NCBI GenBank assembly: GCA_044337105.1
Contig: JBIIOE010000003.1
Span: 4,850 to 68,849, forward strand
Reading direction: 5' to 3'
Origin: Bdellovibrionota bacterium
GTDB taxonomy: Bacteria > Bdellovibrionota_C > UBA2361 > OMII01
Length of the DNA stretch: 64,000 nt
This document shows positions 19,877 through 28,568 of this stretch, piece after piece. Both the position numbers and the translations under genes were made by a program. Each line of letters begins with the position of its first letter. Position 1 is the stretch's first letter. The notes beneath the pieces are model-generated. The model was given only the letters and a program-made list of their open reading frames with translations. It did not search any database and was not told where the DNA came from.

Positions 19877-20512
19877 TATGTCTGGTAGCCAGCCTGCTGA
19901 ACCGAATCTCCAATCGGCTTCTCTCTCTACTAAGCCAGCCCGTACTGGATTGGTGTCGATGTATCGAACGACTCTTGAGAGGTGCTCCGCATCGCGGATG
20001 TATCGGTCGAAGTATTCGGGAAACCAGAACGGACCTGCGGTTCCTAGGATCTGATTGGCTCGTTTTGCGGTGAATCCTTTAAATGAACGTAGGACAGATG
20101 AGAGTCTTACAGTGGGATGTGCTGCAATCAGCAGATGGAGGTGGTTTGGCATAATCACCCATCGTGCAATGGTGTGTCCTCGGGCACACAGGAACTGCAT
20201 GGACTCTATGACTACGTAGGCAACTTTTGATTGTCTCAATACGCATGAGCCGTGACCTGCATCGATCATTTTCTCGAGCTTGAGTTGACGGGCTTGGCCG
20301 AGGTCGATTGAAGGTGTGCCACTGGCTTTTAGTTCAGCAAGTTCGTTACGCAGGGCGTCATGCATACTCTGTGGTAATGAGTCGGCGAGGCGTATGGTAA
20401 CAAAATGCAGAAGGTTGCCGGCATCGAAGTGGGGAAGATAGCCTCTGCTCCACCAGCCATGGGGATTCCTAAAGGAGTGGCTGTATCTGTTTCGGTGGTC
20501 TCGCTCTTTCAT
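19856..20512 (-). CDS. REP-associated tyrosine transposase (RAYT; IS200/IS605 Y1 HUH family)
   Basis: 218 aa. HUH motif in VIMPNHLHLLI; catalytic Tyr region RVVRYIDTNPVRAGLV. REP arrays flank it on both sides. The last codons (ITELPLR-stop) are encoded by a REP unit. Confidence 0.9.
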   Translation of the reverse strand: MKERDHRNRYSHSFRNPHGWWSRGYLPHFDAGNLLHFVTIRLADSLPQSMHDALRNELAELKASGTPSIDLGQARQLKLEKMIDAGHGSCVLRQSKVAYVVIESMQFLCARGHTIARWVIMPNHLHLLIAAHPTVRLSSVLRSFKGFTAKRANQILGTAGPFWFPEYFDRYIRDAEHLSRVVRYIDTNPVRAGLVEREADWRFGSAGWLPDITELPLR

Positions 20513-20574
20513 GCTCGGAGATATCGGCGAGAGCAGGAGAAAGTTTCTTGGGGTTGGTGGGGGGGCTGCTGTTT

Positions 20575-21069
20575 GGATCTCGTTGCTGATTGCTGGCGGA
20601 GAGGGGGGCGGACTGTGGACTTTCTAGTTCGTTTGCTGGTTGGGTCGTGGTGCTGATAGCTGGCGGAGCGGGAACGGACCGCGGACTTTCTAGTCCGCCT
20701 GCTGCTTGGATCGTGATGCTACTAGCTAGCGGAGCGGGAGCTCCGCGGTCCGTGGGGGTCCGCCTGCTGGTTGGATCTCGTTGCTGATTGCTGGCGGAGT
20801 GGAAGCGGACTGTGGACTTTCTAGTCCGCCTTCTGGTTGGGTCGTGATGCTGATATCTGGCGGAGCGGGAGCTCCGCGGTCCGTGGGGGGCCGTCTACTG
20901 TTTGGGTCGCGGTGCTGATTGCTGGTGGAGTGGAAGCGGACCACGGACTTTCTAGTCCGCCTGCTGTCTGGATCGTGATGCTACTAGCTGGCGGAGCGGG
21001 AGCTCCGCGGTCCGTGGGGGGGGGCCGCCTTCTGGTTGGATCTCGTTGCTGATGGCTGGCGGAGCGGGC
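20575..21069 (+). repeat. Tandem REP array (about 7.5 units, 65-bp period) at the 5' side of the RAYT gene
   Basis: Same unit and orientation as 19524-19876. The two hairpin variants mostly alternate. The array ends 4 nt before the rnhA stop codon. Confidence 0.88.
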
Positions 21070-21072
21070 GTG

Positions 21073-21546
21073 TTACAAGGTTGCTCTTGACCAGGCGGTC
21101 GCAAGGGAATCGGCATACTCGTTCCAGAGCCAACCGTTGTGCGCTTTGATCCACTTTAGGCGTACCTTCGGGCGTGAGAGGTGGAGGTCGTAGAGTTGTT
21201 GCACGAGTTCGAGGTTCGCTATCGGTCCAGTGCTGCGTTTCCAGCCGCGCGCCTTCCACTTGGCTGCCCATTCGTTTATCGTTTTCACGCATAGGTCGCT
21301 ATCGGAATAGATGTCCACATCCGCGTCGGGTGAGAGGTAGGAAAAGGCCTCGATGAGAGCCGTGAGCTCCATGCGATTGTTGGTCGTGTCGGGAGAGTGT
21401 CCGTGCTTCTGGTGAATGATCTCGCCGTTTACGACGTGTACGAATCCCCACCCGCCAGGTCCTGGATTCGGAGAAGCTCCACCATCGGTGAACACACCTG
21501 TCTGGGGACCTTCGGAGTGGGCCTGTAAAACGTCTTGCAACTTCAT
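21073..21546 (-). CDS. rnhA: Ribonuclease HI
   Basis: 157 aa. Catalytic DEDD context: VFTDGGASPNPGPGGWG, NNRMELTALIEA, IYSDSDL, NEYADSLA. Confidence 0.93.
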   Translation of the reverse strand: MKLQDVLQAHSEGPQTGVFTDGGASPNPGPGGWGFVHVVNGEIIHQKHGHSPDTTNNRMELTALIEAFSYLSPDADVDIYSDSDLCVKTINEWAAKWKARGWKRSTGPIANLELVQQLYDLHLSRPKVRLKWIKAHNGWLWNEYADSLATAWSRATL

Positions 21547-21559
21547 AGGGGCTTTTACC

Positions 21560-22150
21560 TTAGGCGATCTTCTGACGGAGGCGGTCCATCAAACCGGAGA
21601 AGGTGTCTTTGCGAATGATACCTGCAAACTCGTTGCGATAGTTGGCAACGAGGCCGATGTTCTCGATGACGACGTCATACACTTGCCAACGTCCATCGGT
21701 GAACATCAGCTTGTAATCGATCGGGAAGTTGTCCCCTTTGCTCGTTACCGTGGTTTTGACCACAGCTTTGTTGGCATCTACGCTCTCGCCATCGACCTTG
21801 ACCATCCCTGCTTTGACGGTCTCGATCTTCGAAAGGTAGGTGCGCGCGAGGAGCTCGGAGAACACCTCGGTGAAATCGTTTTGCTGTTCGGGGGTGAGGT
21901 CCTTCCAGTTCGATCCTAGTGAACGCTTGGCCATCTCGGCGAAGTTGAATTTAGGATTGATGAGCTCACGGAGCTTCGTTCTTCGTTGACCTTTACTCCC
22001 GTCGTCGGGGTTGGCTTCGCAGATCTTGATGATTGAATCGATCGTCTGAGCTATCTCCGATTTGGGAGAAGAGCTAATCGGTGTCGCCCAAGCCGCAGGG
22101 AGGTACAGTGAGCCAACGAGACCAACTAAAAGCGCAATTCGTGCCAGCAT
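21560..22150 (-). CDS. mlaC: MlaC/Ttg2D-family periplasmic phospholipid-binding protein
   Basis: Signal peptide. MlaC-like core: MAKRSLGSNWKDLTPEQQNDFTEVFSELLARTY...GRWQVYDVVIENIGLVANYRNEF. Follows mlaD. Confidence 0.85.
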   Translation of the reverse strand: MLARIALLVGLVGSLYLPAAWATPISSSPKSEIAQTIDSIIKICEANPDDGSKGQRRTKLRELINPKFNFAEMAKRSLGSNWKDLTPEQQNDFTEVFSELLARTYLSKIETVKAGMVKVDGESVDANKAVVKTTVTSKGDNFPIDYKLMFTDGRWQVYDVVIENIGLVANYRNEFAGIIRKDTFSGLMDRLRQKIA

Positions 22151-22176
22151 GAGTCCATCTCTCCTTTCGGTAGGGG

Positions 22177-22722
22177 TTACTTCTTGTTTTCTTTGTCTTG
22201 AGTCTTCGTTTCGTCTTCGTCTTTGTCGCCGCTCAGGCTGTGAACGACTTTTCCGATGACGTCTTCGATATCCACAACAGATTCCGTTTCGGTGGTGGTG
22301 CCGTTTTCAGGAATATATGTGTCTGATGCGCCACGAGAAACCTTAACGTAGCGGTCGCCGATGATTCCCTTAGTGCGGATTGAGAGGATGTCGTCATCCT
22401 TGATCTGCATCTCACGACTCAGCTTGATCGTTACGATGGCTTTAGGATCCTTGAGGCTGATCGCCGAGACCTCACCAATCGGCACCCCGGCTATCTCTAC
22501 CGACGCGCCGTATTTCAATCCGGAGATGTTGTCGAACTCGGCGTGTACGTAATACGTGTTGCTCGTTCCGAGTTCGAGACCTGCGAGGCCCACGGCGAGG
22601 TAGCCGGCGGCTGCAACACCTGCCATCGTAAAGATCCCCACGAGGAATTCGAGGGTGAAGGTGCGCTTTGGCACGGGTAGCTGCGGATTTGCAGGGGCGT
22701 TATTGAATTTTGATTGGTCCAT
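22177..22722 (-). CDS. mlaD: MlaD (MCE-domain) protein
   Basis: N-terminal TM helix and an MCE domain (YYVHAEFDNISGLKYGASVEIAGVPIGEVSAISL). Confidence 0.88.
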   Translation of the reverse strand: MDQSKFNNAPANPQLPVPKRTFTLEFLVGIFTMAGVAAAGYLAVGLAGLELGTSNTYYVHAEFDNISGLKYGASVEIAGVPIGEVSAISLKDPKAIVTIKLSREMQIKDDDILSIRTKGIIGDRYVKVSRGASDTYIPENGTTTETESVVDIEDVIGKVVHSLSGDKDEDETKTQDKENKK

Positions 22723-23452
22723 CCGTTCTCCCGTTCAGAAACTGCTGCACCGCAGGGTTTGTTGAAGCGATCATCTCGGCTGGCGAACCTTCTGCGATAA
22801 TTTTACCGCCGAGAATCATCGCCACGCGATCCGAGACCTGAAACACTTCGGGAAGCTCATGGCTAATTACCAAGCCGGTGAAGCCCCACTGCGTTTTGCA
22901 TGCATTAATTAAATCATACACCTCTTGACCATCAAGGGGATCGAGGCCGGTGTTGGGCTCGTCGACGAGCAGCACCTTTGGCTCGGTAATGAGCGCGCGA
23001 GCCATGCCGACCCTTTTACGAATTCCGATTGAAACCTCTTCGGGGAAGTTTCTGAGGTATTTGGTCAAACTGAGCGAGTCGGCAACGTCGAGCACCTTCG
23101 AATGTAAGCGTGCAGTTCCCACACCGCCGCGGGCATGCAAGGGGAACGCGATGTTGTCGAAGATGGTGAGTGAGTCAAAGAGTGCCGCTGATTGGAATAG
23201 AACTCCGAGAGAGCGGCGAATTTTATTCTTTCTACTCTCCGATCGAGCAGCGGTGATGTTCTCGCCGCCGATGTAGATCTCTCCCGAATCTGGTTGCATG
23301 ATACCCATGATAAGCTTCAGGAGCACAGACTTCCCTACCCCGCTCGGCCCTACGACAGCTGTGCTCTTGCCGGGCTCGATGTCGATACTCACTCCATCGA
23401 GCACGACCTGAGGACCGAAGCGTTTGTGAACGTTGCGTACCGAGATCACCAC
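22700..23452 (-). CDS. mlaF: MlaF ABC-transporter ATP-binding protein
   Basis: Walker A GPSGVGKS, signature-like EVSIGIRKRV, Walker B LLVDEPNTGLD. Likely GTG start at 23452 or 23449, overlapping the mlaE stop. The ORF-track N-terminal extension to 23602 overlaps mlaE and is rejected. Confidence 0.9.
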   Translation of the reverse strand: MVISVRNVHKRFGPQVVLDGVSIDIEPGKSTAVVGPSGVGKSVLLKLIMGIMQPDSGEIYIGGENITAARSESRKNKIRRSLGVLFQSAALFDSLTIFDNIAFPLHARGGVGTARLHSKVLDVADSLSLTKYLRNFPEEVSIGIRKRVGMARALITEPKVLLVDEPNTGLDPLDGQEVYDLINACKTQWGFTGLVISHELPEVFQVSDRVAMILGGKIIAEGSPAEMIASTNPAVQQFLNGRTDGPIKIQ

Positions 23453-24243
23453 TACTCCATGAAGACTCGGGTTAGCACACTGGTGAGGAAGTAATCGACT
23501 ATCAGCACCGCGACGGAAGCGGTTACTACTGATTGAGTCGTTGCTTTGTTCACGCCTTGAGCGCCGAATCCGCACGTGTACCCTTTGTAGCAGCTGACCC
23601 ATCCGAAGATCATTCCGAAGACCGTCGCTTTGATGAAGCCTGAGTACACGTCAACGAAACCAACAGCCGAGGTTATCTGCGTCATGAAGGTTCCTGAGCT
23701 GAGGCCGAGAAGCCCGACCGCAACGATGTAGCCGCCGAATATGCCAACAACGTTGAAGATGCCACACAAGAGGGGCATAGCGATGACGCCAGCGGCAAAG
23801 CGTGGGGCCATGAGGTACTTCATCGGATCCACGGCCATCGAGCGGAGGGCATCTATCTGTTCGGTGATGCGCATGATCCCGATCTCTGCCGTTACCGCGG
23901 AACCGGCGCGACCAATAACCATCAGCGCCGTTAGTACGGGGCCAAGCTCTCGAATGAGGCTCAAGGCGACCGCAGGTCCGGTGTACGCATTGGCGCCGAA
24001 CTTCGAGAGTGTGTATTCACCCTGTACCGCTAAAACTGCGCCGGTGAAGAGACCTATGAGAGCTATGACGAGGGTGGAGTTAACCCCGATCTGTTGAAGC
24101 TGTGTGAGGTAGAGGTATGGCCTGTACGGCGGCTTGAGAAGGGCCGCGATGGTTCGATACAGAAAGATCCACGCGCGCCCCCACTGCTCGGTTCTCTCGA
24201 TGACAAAACTTCCAAGATTTTGAATGGTCGCAGCAGGGTTCAT
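23452..24243 (-). CDS. mlaE: MlaE ABC-transporter permease
   Basis: 263-aa polytopic membrane protein with the MlaE/Ttg2B pattern (QIGVNSTLVIALIGLFTGAVLAVQ...). Adjacent to mlaF/D/C. Confidence 0.9.
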   Translation of the reverse strand: MNPAATIQNLGSFVIERTEQWGRAWIFLYRTIAALLKPPYRPYLYLTQLQQIGVNSTLVIALIGLFTGAVLAVQGEYTLSKFGANAYTGPAVALSLIRELGPVLTALMVIGRAGSAVTAEIGIMRITEQIDALRSMAVDPMKYLMAPRFAAGVIAMPLLCGIFNVVGIFGGYIVAVGLLGLSSGTFMTQITSAVGFVDVYSGFIKATVFGMIFGWVSCYKGYTCGFGAQGVNKATTQSVVTASVAVLIVDYFLTSVLTRVFME

Positions 24244-24257
24244 GAACGAGTGGAGCG

Positions 24258-24848
24258 TTAGCCTTTAAATCCGAGCCCTATCACATAGAACTCATTGGAG
24301 GTATTTCTGGTCGATTTCAGCTCAGACCTGAGGACCTTATTAAACATGGGCCGCGTCGATTTGACAAACCCTTCCACCTCGCCACCTTTAAATACCTTGA
24401 CGACGAAGTTGCCTCCTTTCTTCAAATTCTCCTGAGCTACGTAGCGAGCCAGCTCCGCTATCCCAACTATTGCTGCCTGGTCGGCTTCCTTGATGCCAGT
24501 GAGCTTGTGCGACATGTCTGACATGACCACGTCGAAACGCATCTCGGGATCCTCGAGGTACGAAGAGAGGTCGCGGGCATCGCCGGTAATTAATCTGCAA
24601 CGAGGGTCGTTAATCGGTTCCATCTCCACGAGGTCGATGCCCGTGACAGAACCGCTGGGGCCTACGAAGTCGAGAGCAACCTGTGTCCAACCTCCTGGCC
24701 AAGCCCCTACATCGAGAACGTGGTCGCCAGTGTGGATCAGTTTGTGGCTCTGTTGGAGCTCTATGAGTTTATACGCCGCGCGGGAGCGATATCCCTCTTC
24801 TTTCGCCTTCTGGTAAAGGTGATCTTTGCGGTTGTACTGCGAAGCCAT
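24258..24848 (-). CDS. rlmE: 23S rRNA (uridine-2'-O)-methyltransferase RlmE/FtsJ
   Basis: 196 aa. YRSRAAYKLIEL, SAM-binding VLDVGAWPGGWTQV, then VMSDMSHKLTG. Confidence 0.93.
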   Translation of the reverse strand: MASQYNRKDHLYQKAKEEGYRSRAAYKLIELQQSHKLIHTGDHVLDVGAWPGGWTQVALDFVGPSGSVTGIDLVEMEPINDPRCRLITGDARDLSSYLEDPEMRFDVVMSDMSHKLTGIKEADQAAIVGIAELARYVAQENLKKGGNFVVKVFKGGEVEGFVKSTRPMFNKVLRSELKSTRNTSNEFYVIGLGFKG

Positions 24849-25242
24849 GGGCTAACCTTATCAAGACACTCACATTTTTGCATCACATGCCGACAAAAGG
24901 TCCTAACGTGCTGATTTGTCTAGTGTTGGGTGCAAGGGAAGCGAAATACGGGGCCCCTCAAGAGTAAATAAGGGCCCGAATCGAACTGCGTTTTCAAGGC
25001 TAAGTTCCTGATGACTCGGGAGGTGAAGCAACTTTTTCATGCACGTGCCGATTGGATATAGAAAAAGACTTGAAGCGGCATTTCTTCTGGTATAGAAAAA
25101 CTATGAAAACAGAGCTCAACGGAAACCTCCTCGTGAGAGCGCCGCTTCGGCGAAACGTTAGGGAGCTGCCAGCGGGTAAGCCTAAGCAGGGCACACCACG
25201 ACGGAGCGTTTCTGAGCTGAGCACATCGCAAAGGAGTAAATT

Positions 25243-25416
25243 ATGGGAAACGGTATGTTGGTTACAGGGATCGATTTCATCTGTGCAGCGCTTACGTTGG
25301 CCTATGTCGGTAGGCTCCTCTTGCAGGCGATTGCAGCGCACGAGTCTGTTTCGATGGCGTGCGGTGTCGCAAAGATCTCTCTGCGTGGACAACAGATCGC
25401 TCCTCGAGCTCGCTAA
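25243..25416 (+). CDS. Possible 57-aa single-TM small protein (hypothetical)
   Basis: AAAGGAG Shine-Dalgarno 7 nt before the ATG. Begins MGNGMLVTGIDFICAALTLAYVGRLLLQAIAA..., a hydrophobic helix. Below the ORF-track cutoff and has no other support. Confidence 0.3.
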   Translation: MGNGMLVTGIDFICAALTLAYVGRLLLQAIAAHESVSMACGVAKISLRGQQIAPRAR

Positions 25417-25711
25417 GAGCGAAGAGTCCAGGGAATCGAGGCAAAACCTCCCTTTCGTCGAGGTTCGGAACTTTCGCAGTGCTACCCCTCGGGGTTCATC
25501 GAGACGCATTCTGAATCTCACGGCGCGCAAAGTGGTGAAACCCAGCGTGCACAACAAAGGGAAGTTTTGCCTCGCTTTCTTGGTAGTTGTTTTTTCGCAC
25601 TCGGGGCCCCTGCGATTGTCAGCACTCTTCAATCTAGGTATCGTTTAGGTAGGTCGACCGGGGAGATTGTAATGCTCCCTATTTCATTTATTTCATCGTT
25701 ACGTCAGCCCC

Positions 25712-28150
25712 ATGTCCAGTAATCAAACCGCCTTCCCCTTCGGTGGCAACACAGCACAGTCGGCTCAAGATCTTCTTACGGGACTCAACTCTCCTCAGCA
25801 GGAGGCGGTGTTGCATGGAGATGGCCCAATCCTGGTGTTGGCAGGGGCTGGTAGTGGAAAGACTCGCGTACTGACACATCGGGTTGCGCAGCTCATTTCA
25901 GAGAGGGGAATTTCGGCTGACCGGATCTTAGCGGTTACATTTACCAATAAAGCCGCCGAAGAGATGCGCTCGCGATTGAAGGGGCTCTTAGGTGAAAAGG
26001 CGGAGCGGCTCTGGATCTCGACGTTTCACTCGGCAGGCCTCCGTATTTTGCGACACAACGCAGCGAAGCTCTCATTCTCGAACCAGTTCGTGGTGTATGA
26101 CGACCAAGACTCTAAAGGTGTGCTCAAAGAGGTGTTGAAAGAGCTCAACGTCAACGAGGAGAAGTATCCGCTAGACTCCTTCTCAAGAGCTATCGACAGG
26201 TTCAAGAACAATTACATCCTTCCCGCCGAAGCAGCGAAGGACTCCTACAACGTGGAAACAGATCTCCAGGCACAGGTATACGATCGGTATCAAAAGGTAC
26301 TCCTCGCCACCAACGCGATGGACTTCGGAGATCTCCTCGTTAATGCCGTGCGTGTTTTGAGAGAGTTTCCAGAGGTGCTCGAGTATTACCGCAGAGCGCT
26401 TCACTACATCTTGGTCGACGAGTTTCAGGATACGAACAAGGTTCAGTACATGTTCATTCGGCTCTTGGCTGAGCCCCGACGTAATCTCTTCGTGGTGGGA
26501 GATGACGACCAGTCGATCTACGCATTTCGTGGCGCTACCATCAGTAATATTCTCGAGTTCGAGAAGGATTTTCCGAACACGCAGGTCGTCAAGCTCGAGC
26601 AGAACTACCGCTCGACATCCAACATCTTAAATGCGGCGCACGCTGTCATTGAGAAGAACAAGGGGCGTAAGCCTAAGAAACTCTGGACCTCCGGAGATTC
26701 AGGCGAGTGTATTCGGACCTTCATCGGGTACGACGAGAACATGGAAGCGGAGTTCATCGCCTCTGAGATCCGTAAGCTTCACACGCAAGGATACAAGTTC
26801 TCGGACATGTCGATCCTGTATCGCACGAACGCACAAACCCGCGCATTGGAGGAATCGCTCGTGCGGGCACGTATCCCGTATCGCATCTTCGGAGGTTTGA
26901 AATTCTTCGATCGCAAGGAGATCAAGGATATTTTGGCGTACCTACGTCTCCTCGTTAATCCATCCGATAACCAAGCATTTCAGCGCGTCGTGAACACTCC
27001 GCCACGCGGTATCGGGGCTCAAGCGGTTCAAGCAGTGCTCGAAGAGGCTCGTCGTACTGACATGCCTTACCTGCATGCGGCGGTGACTGTTGCGGAGACT
27101 AACAAGAGTTTGAAGAAATTCATTGAGCTCATGGCCGATCTCAAAGGCGAGCTTGAGAAAACTAGGCTGGGCGCATTCCTCGGTTATGTAGTGGAGAAGA
27201 CGGAGTATGGGCCGCGGTTGGCGACCATGAAGGATCCGGCAGCGCAATCGCGTATAGAAAACTTACAGGAGCTCCAATCTATTGGGCGCACGATGGAGCG
27301 CGAAGGGAGCGAACATACCCTTGTGGTTAAAGATTTCCTCGATCGTGTGTCGCTGACCTCGAGCGCCGATCTCCCTGTAACTGAGAGTGGAACAGCTAAC
27401 CCGAATGAGAAACCCGAGATGGTTTCGCTCATGACGCTTCACCTCGCCAAAGGCTTGGAGTTTCCGGTTGTGTTTCTGGGTGGTCTCGAGGAGGGACTTC
27501 TTCCACACTACCGCTCGCTCGACGATGCAACCGGCCTCGAAGAGGAGCGGCGTCTGTGTTACGTCGGAATCACGCGTGCCATGAAGCTCCTGTACCTCAC
27601 GCGCGCGTACTCGCGTGGAATGTTCTCCAGTGGAGGAAATTCCGGAGGTGGTGGCGGAGCCAGAGTGGTGAGCCGCTTTGCAAAGGATCTCAGCCCTGAC
27701 CTCATGACGGCGGTAGGTATTGAGCGCTCACAAGGAGCGACCTTCCTCGAAGGGTATCCGCGCTTTCGATACGAAGATGATGCCGATGATGGTGGGTACG
27801 ATGGAGGAGGATGGGGTACTGGACCTGGGCGCTTCTCCAAGAATAGGCGCGCGGTAGAAGATACCTCTGCTCCGCGCGTGCAGATGTCGCTCGATCAGAT
27901 GAGGAATCTCTTGGCTCCTGCAGATGCCCTAGCCAAGAAGCCCGAAACTCCCAAGGAGTATTTCGGGAAGAGCACGGCGGCTTTAGAGCAGCTTGCGGCA
28001 GGTGTTGAGGTCATTCATCCGACCTTCGGAAAGGGAGTGGTAGAGGACATCAAAGGAAGTGGCTCTTCGGCAACCGTAGAGGTGCGCTTCGATGGGTTCG
28101 ATGAGTCGAAGAAGCTGGTGTACCGTTTCGCGAAGCTGGTGCTTGCGTAG
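25712..28150 (+). CDS. uvrD: UvrD/PcrA-family ATP-dependent DNA helicase
   Basis: 812 aa. Motif I AGAGSGKT, motif II VDEFQDTN, also FVVGDDDQSIYAFRGA, YRS, TLHLAKGLEFPVVF and YVGITRA. Has a Gly-rich C-terminal extension. Confidence 0.95.
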   Translation: MSSNQTAFPFGGNTAQSAQDLLTGLNSPQQEAVLHGDGPILVLAGAGSGKTRVLTHRVAQLISERGISADRILAVTFTNKAAEEMRSRLKGLLGEKAERLWISTFHSAGLRILRHNAAKLSFSNQFVVYDDQDSKGVLKEVLKELNVNEEKYPLDSFSRAIDRFKNNYILPAEAAKDSYNVETDLQAQVYDRYQKVLLATNAMDFGDLLVNAVRVLREFPEVLEYYRRALHYILVDEFQDTNKVQYMFIRLLAEPRRNLFVVGDDDQSIYAFRGATISNILEFEKDFPNTQVVKLEQNYRSTSNILNAAHAVIEKNKGRKPKKLWTSGDSGECIRTFIGYDENMEAEFIASEIRKLHTQGYKFSDMSILYRTNAQTRALEESLVRARIPYRIFGGLKFFDRKEIKDILAYLRLLVNPSDNQAFQRVVNTPPRGIGAQAVQAVLEEARRTDMPYLHAAVTVAETNKSLKKFIELMADLKGELEKTRLGAFLGYVVEKTEYGPRLATMKDPAAQSRIENLQELQSIGRTMEREGSEHTLVVKDFLDRVSLTSSADLPVTESGTANPNEKPEMVSLMTLHLAKGLEFPVVFLGGLEEGLLPHYRSLDDATGLEEERRLCYVGITRAMKLLYLTRAYSRGMFSSGGNSGGGGGARVVSRFAKDLSPDLMTAVGIERSQGATFLEGYPRFRYEDDADDGGYDGGGWGTGPGRFSKNRRAVEDTSAPRVQMSLDQMRNLLAPADALAKKPETPKEYFGKSTAALEQLAAGVEVIHPTFGKGVVEDIKGSGSSATVEVRFDGFDESKKLVYRFAKLVLA

Positions 28151-28384
28151 ATCTACCTCTATCGCGGGTCGCGACCTTTGGGTTGGAACTGGCGGCTCAA
28201 CTGGTTCCTTGTTGCTCTATGTCGTATTTCTCGTGTCCTCAGTGAATGGCTTCTTGAACCACAACCTCTGTGCTCCTCTGAGTCCTCTGCGGTTCCAAAC
28301 CTATCCGTTTGAGTAGCCTAGATCGCCGGTCAGAGCGATTATTTGGGGTAGAACAAAACAAGGCAATCGGACCACCTTCCGCGA

Positions 28385-28568
28385 GGAAAGCAAGGCAAAA
28401 TCTACCCGTCGCGAGAAAGTGGAGGTTGAGTTGATATTCGATTTTCGCGATGTGGAAAAGCCGCAGGTGTATCCGCTGCGATACACTGAGGATTTATTCC
28501 ACATCTCAAAAATCGAAGAGCCACCCAAGATCCGCTTTCGTAGCAGGCAGGGGGTTTGCGCCGCTTCC
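28385..28568 (+). repeat. MITE-like repeat element (copy 1), abutting the TonB-dependent receptor stop codon
   Basis: Terminal inverted repeats GGAAAGCAAGGCAAAATC (28385-28402) and GGTTTGCGCCGCTTCC (to 28568). The interior matches the inverse of 17999-18180, including GTGGAGGTTG.GTTGATATTCGAT and GATGTGGAAAA.CCGCAGGTGTATCCGC. Confidence 0.75.

Noticed and set aside
19494-21052. Several 60-100-aa ORFs (e.g. 19494..19787, 20590..20787, 20837..21052) with repetitive GAEA.RGLSSP..AW motifs
   Set aside because: They are translations of the REP arrays themselves. The repetitive peptides arise from the DNA repeats, and there are no start signals.
19524-21069. Regularly spaced 65-bp repeats that could be taken for a CRISPR array
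   Set aside because: The whole 65-bp unit is conserved. The apparent spacers are just two hairpin variants, not unique sequences. No cas genes are present, and a RAYT transposase sits between the arrays, so these are REP arrays.
22700-23602. 50-codon N-terminal extension of mlaF in the ORF track
   Set aside because: It overlaps the mlaE coding region. The conserved ABC N-terminus begins at VVVISVRNV, with a GTG overlapping the mlaE stop.
25000-25648. Mutually overlapping ORFs of 210 aa (minus) and 198 aa (plus)
   Set aside because: Both give Arg/Ser/Leu/Cys-rich, non-protein-like translations, and neither has a ribosome-binding site. The region is kept as a finding (unexplained non-coding DNA), not as genes.
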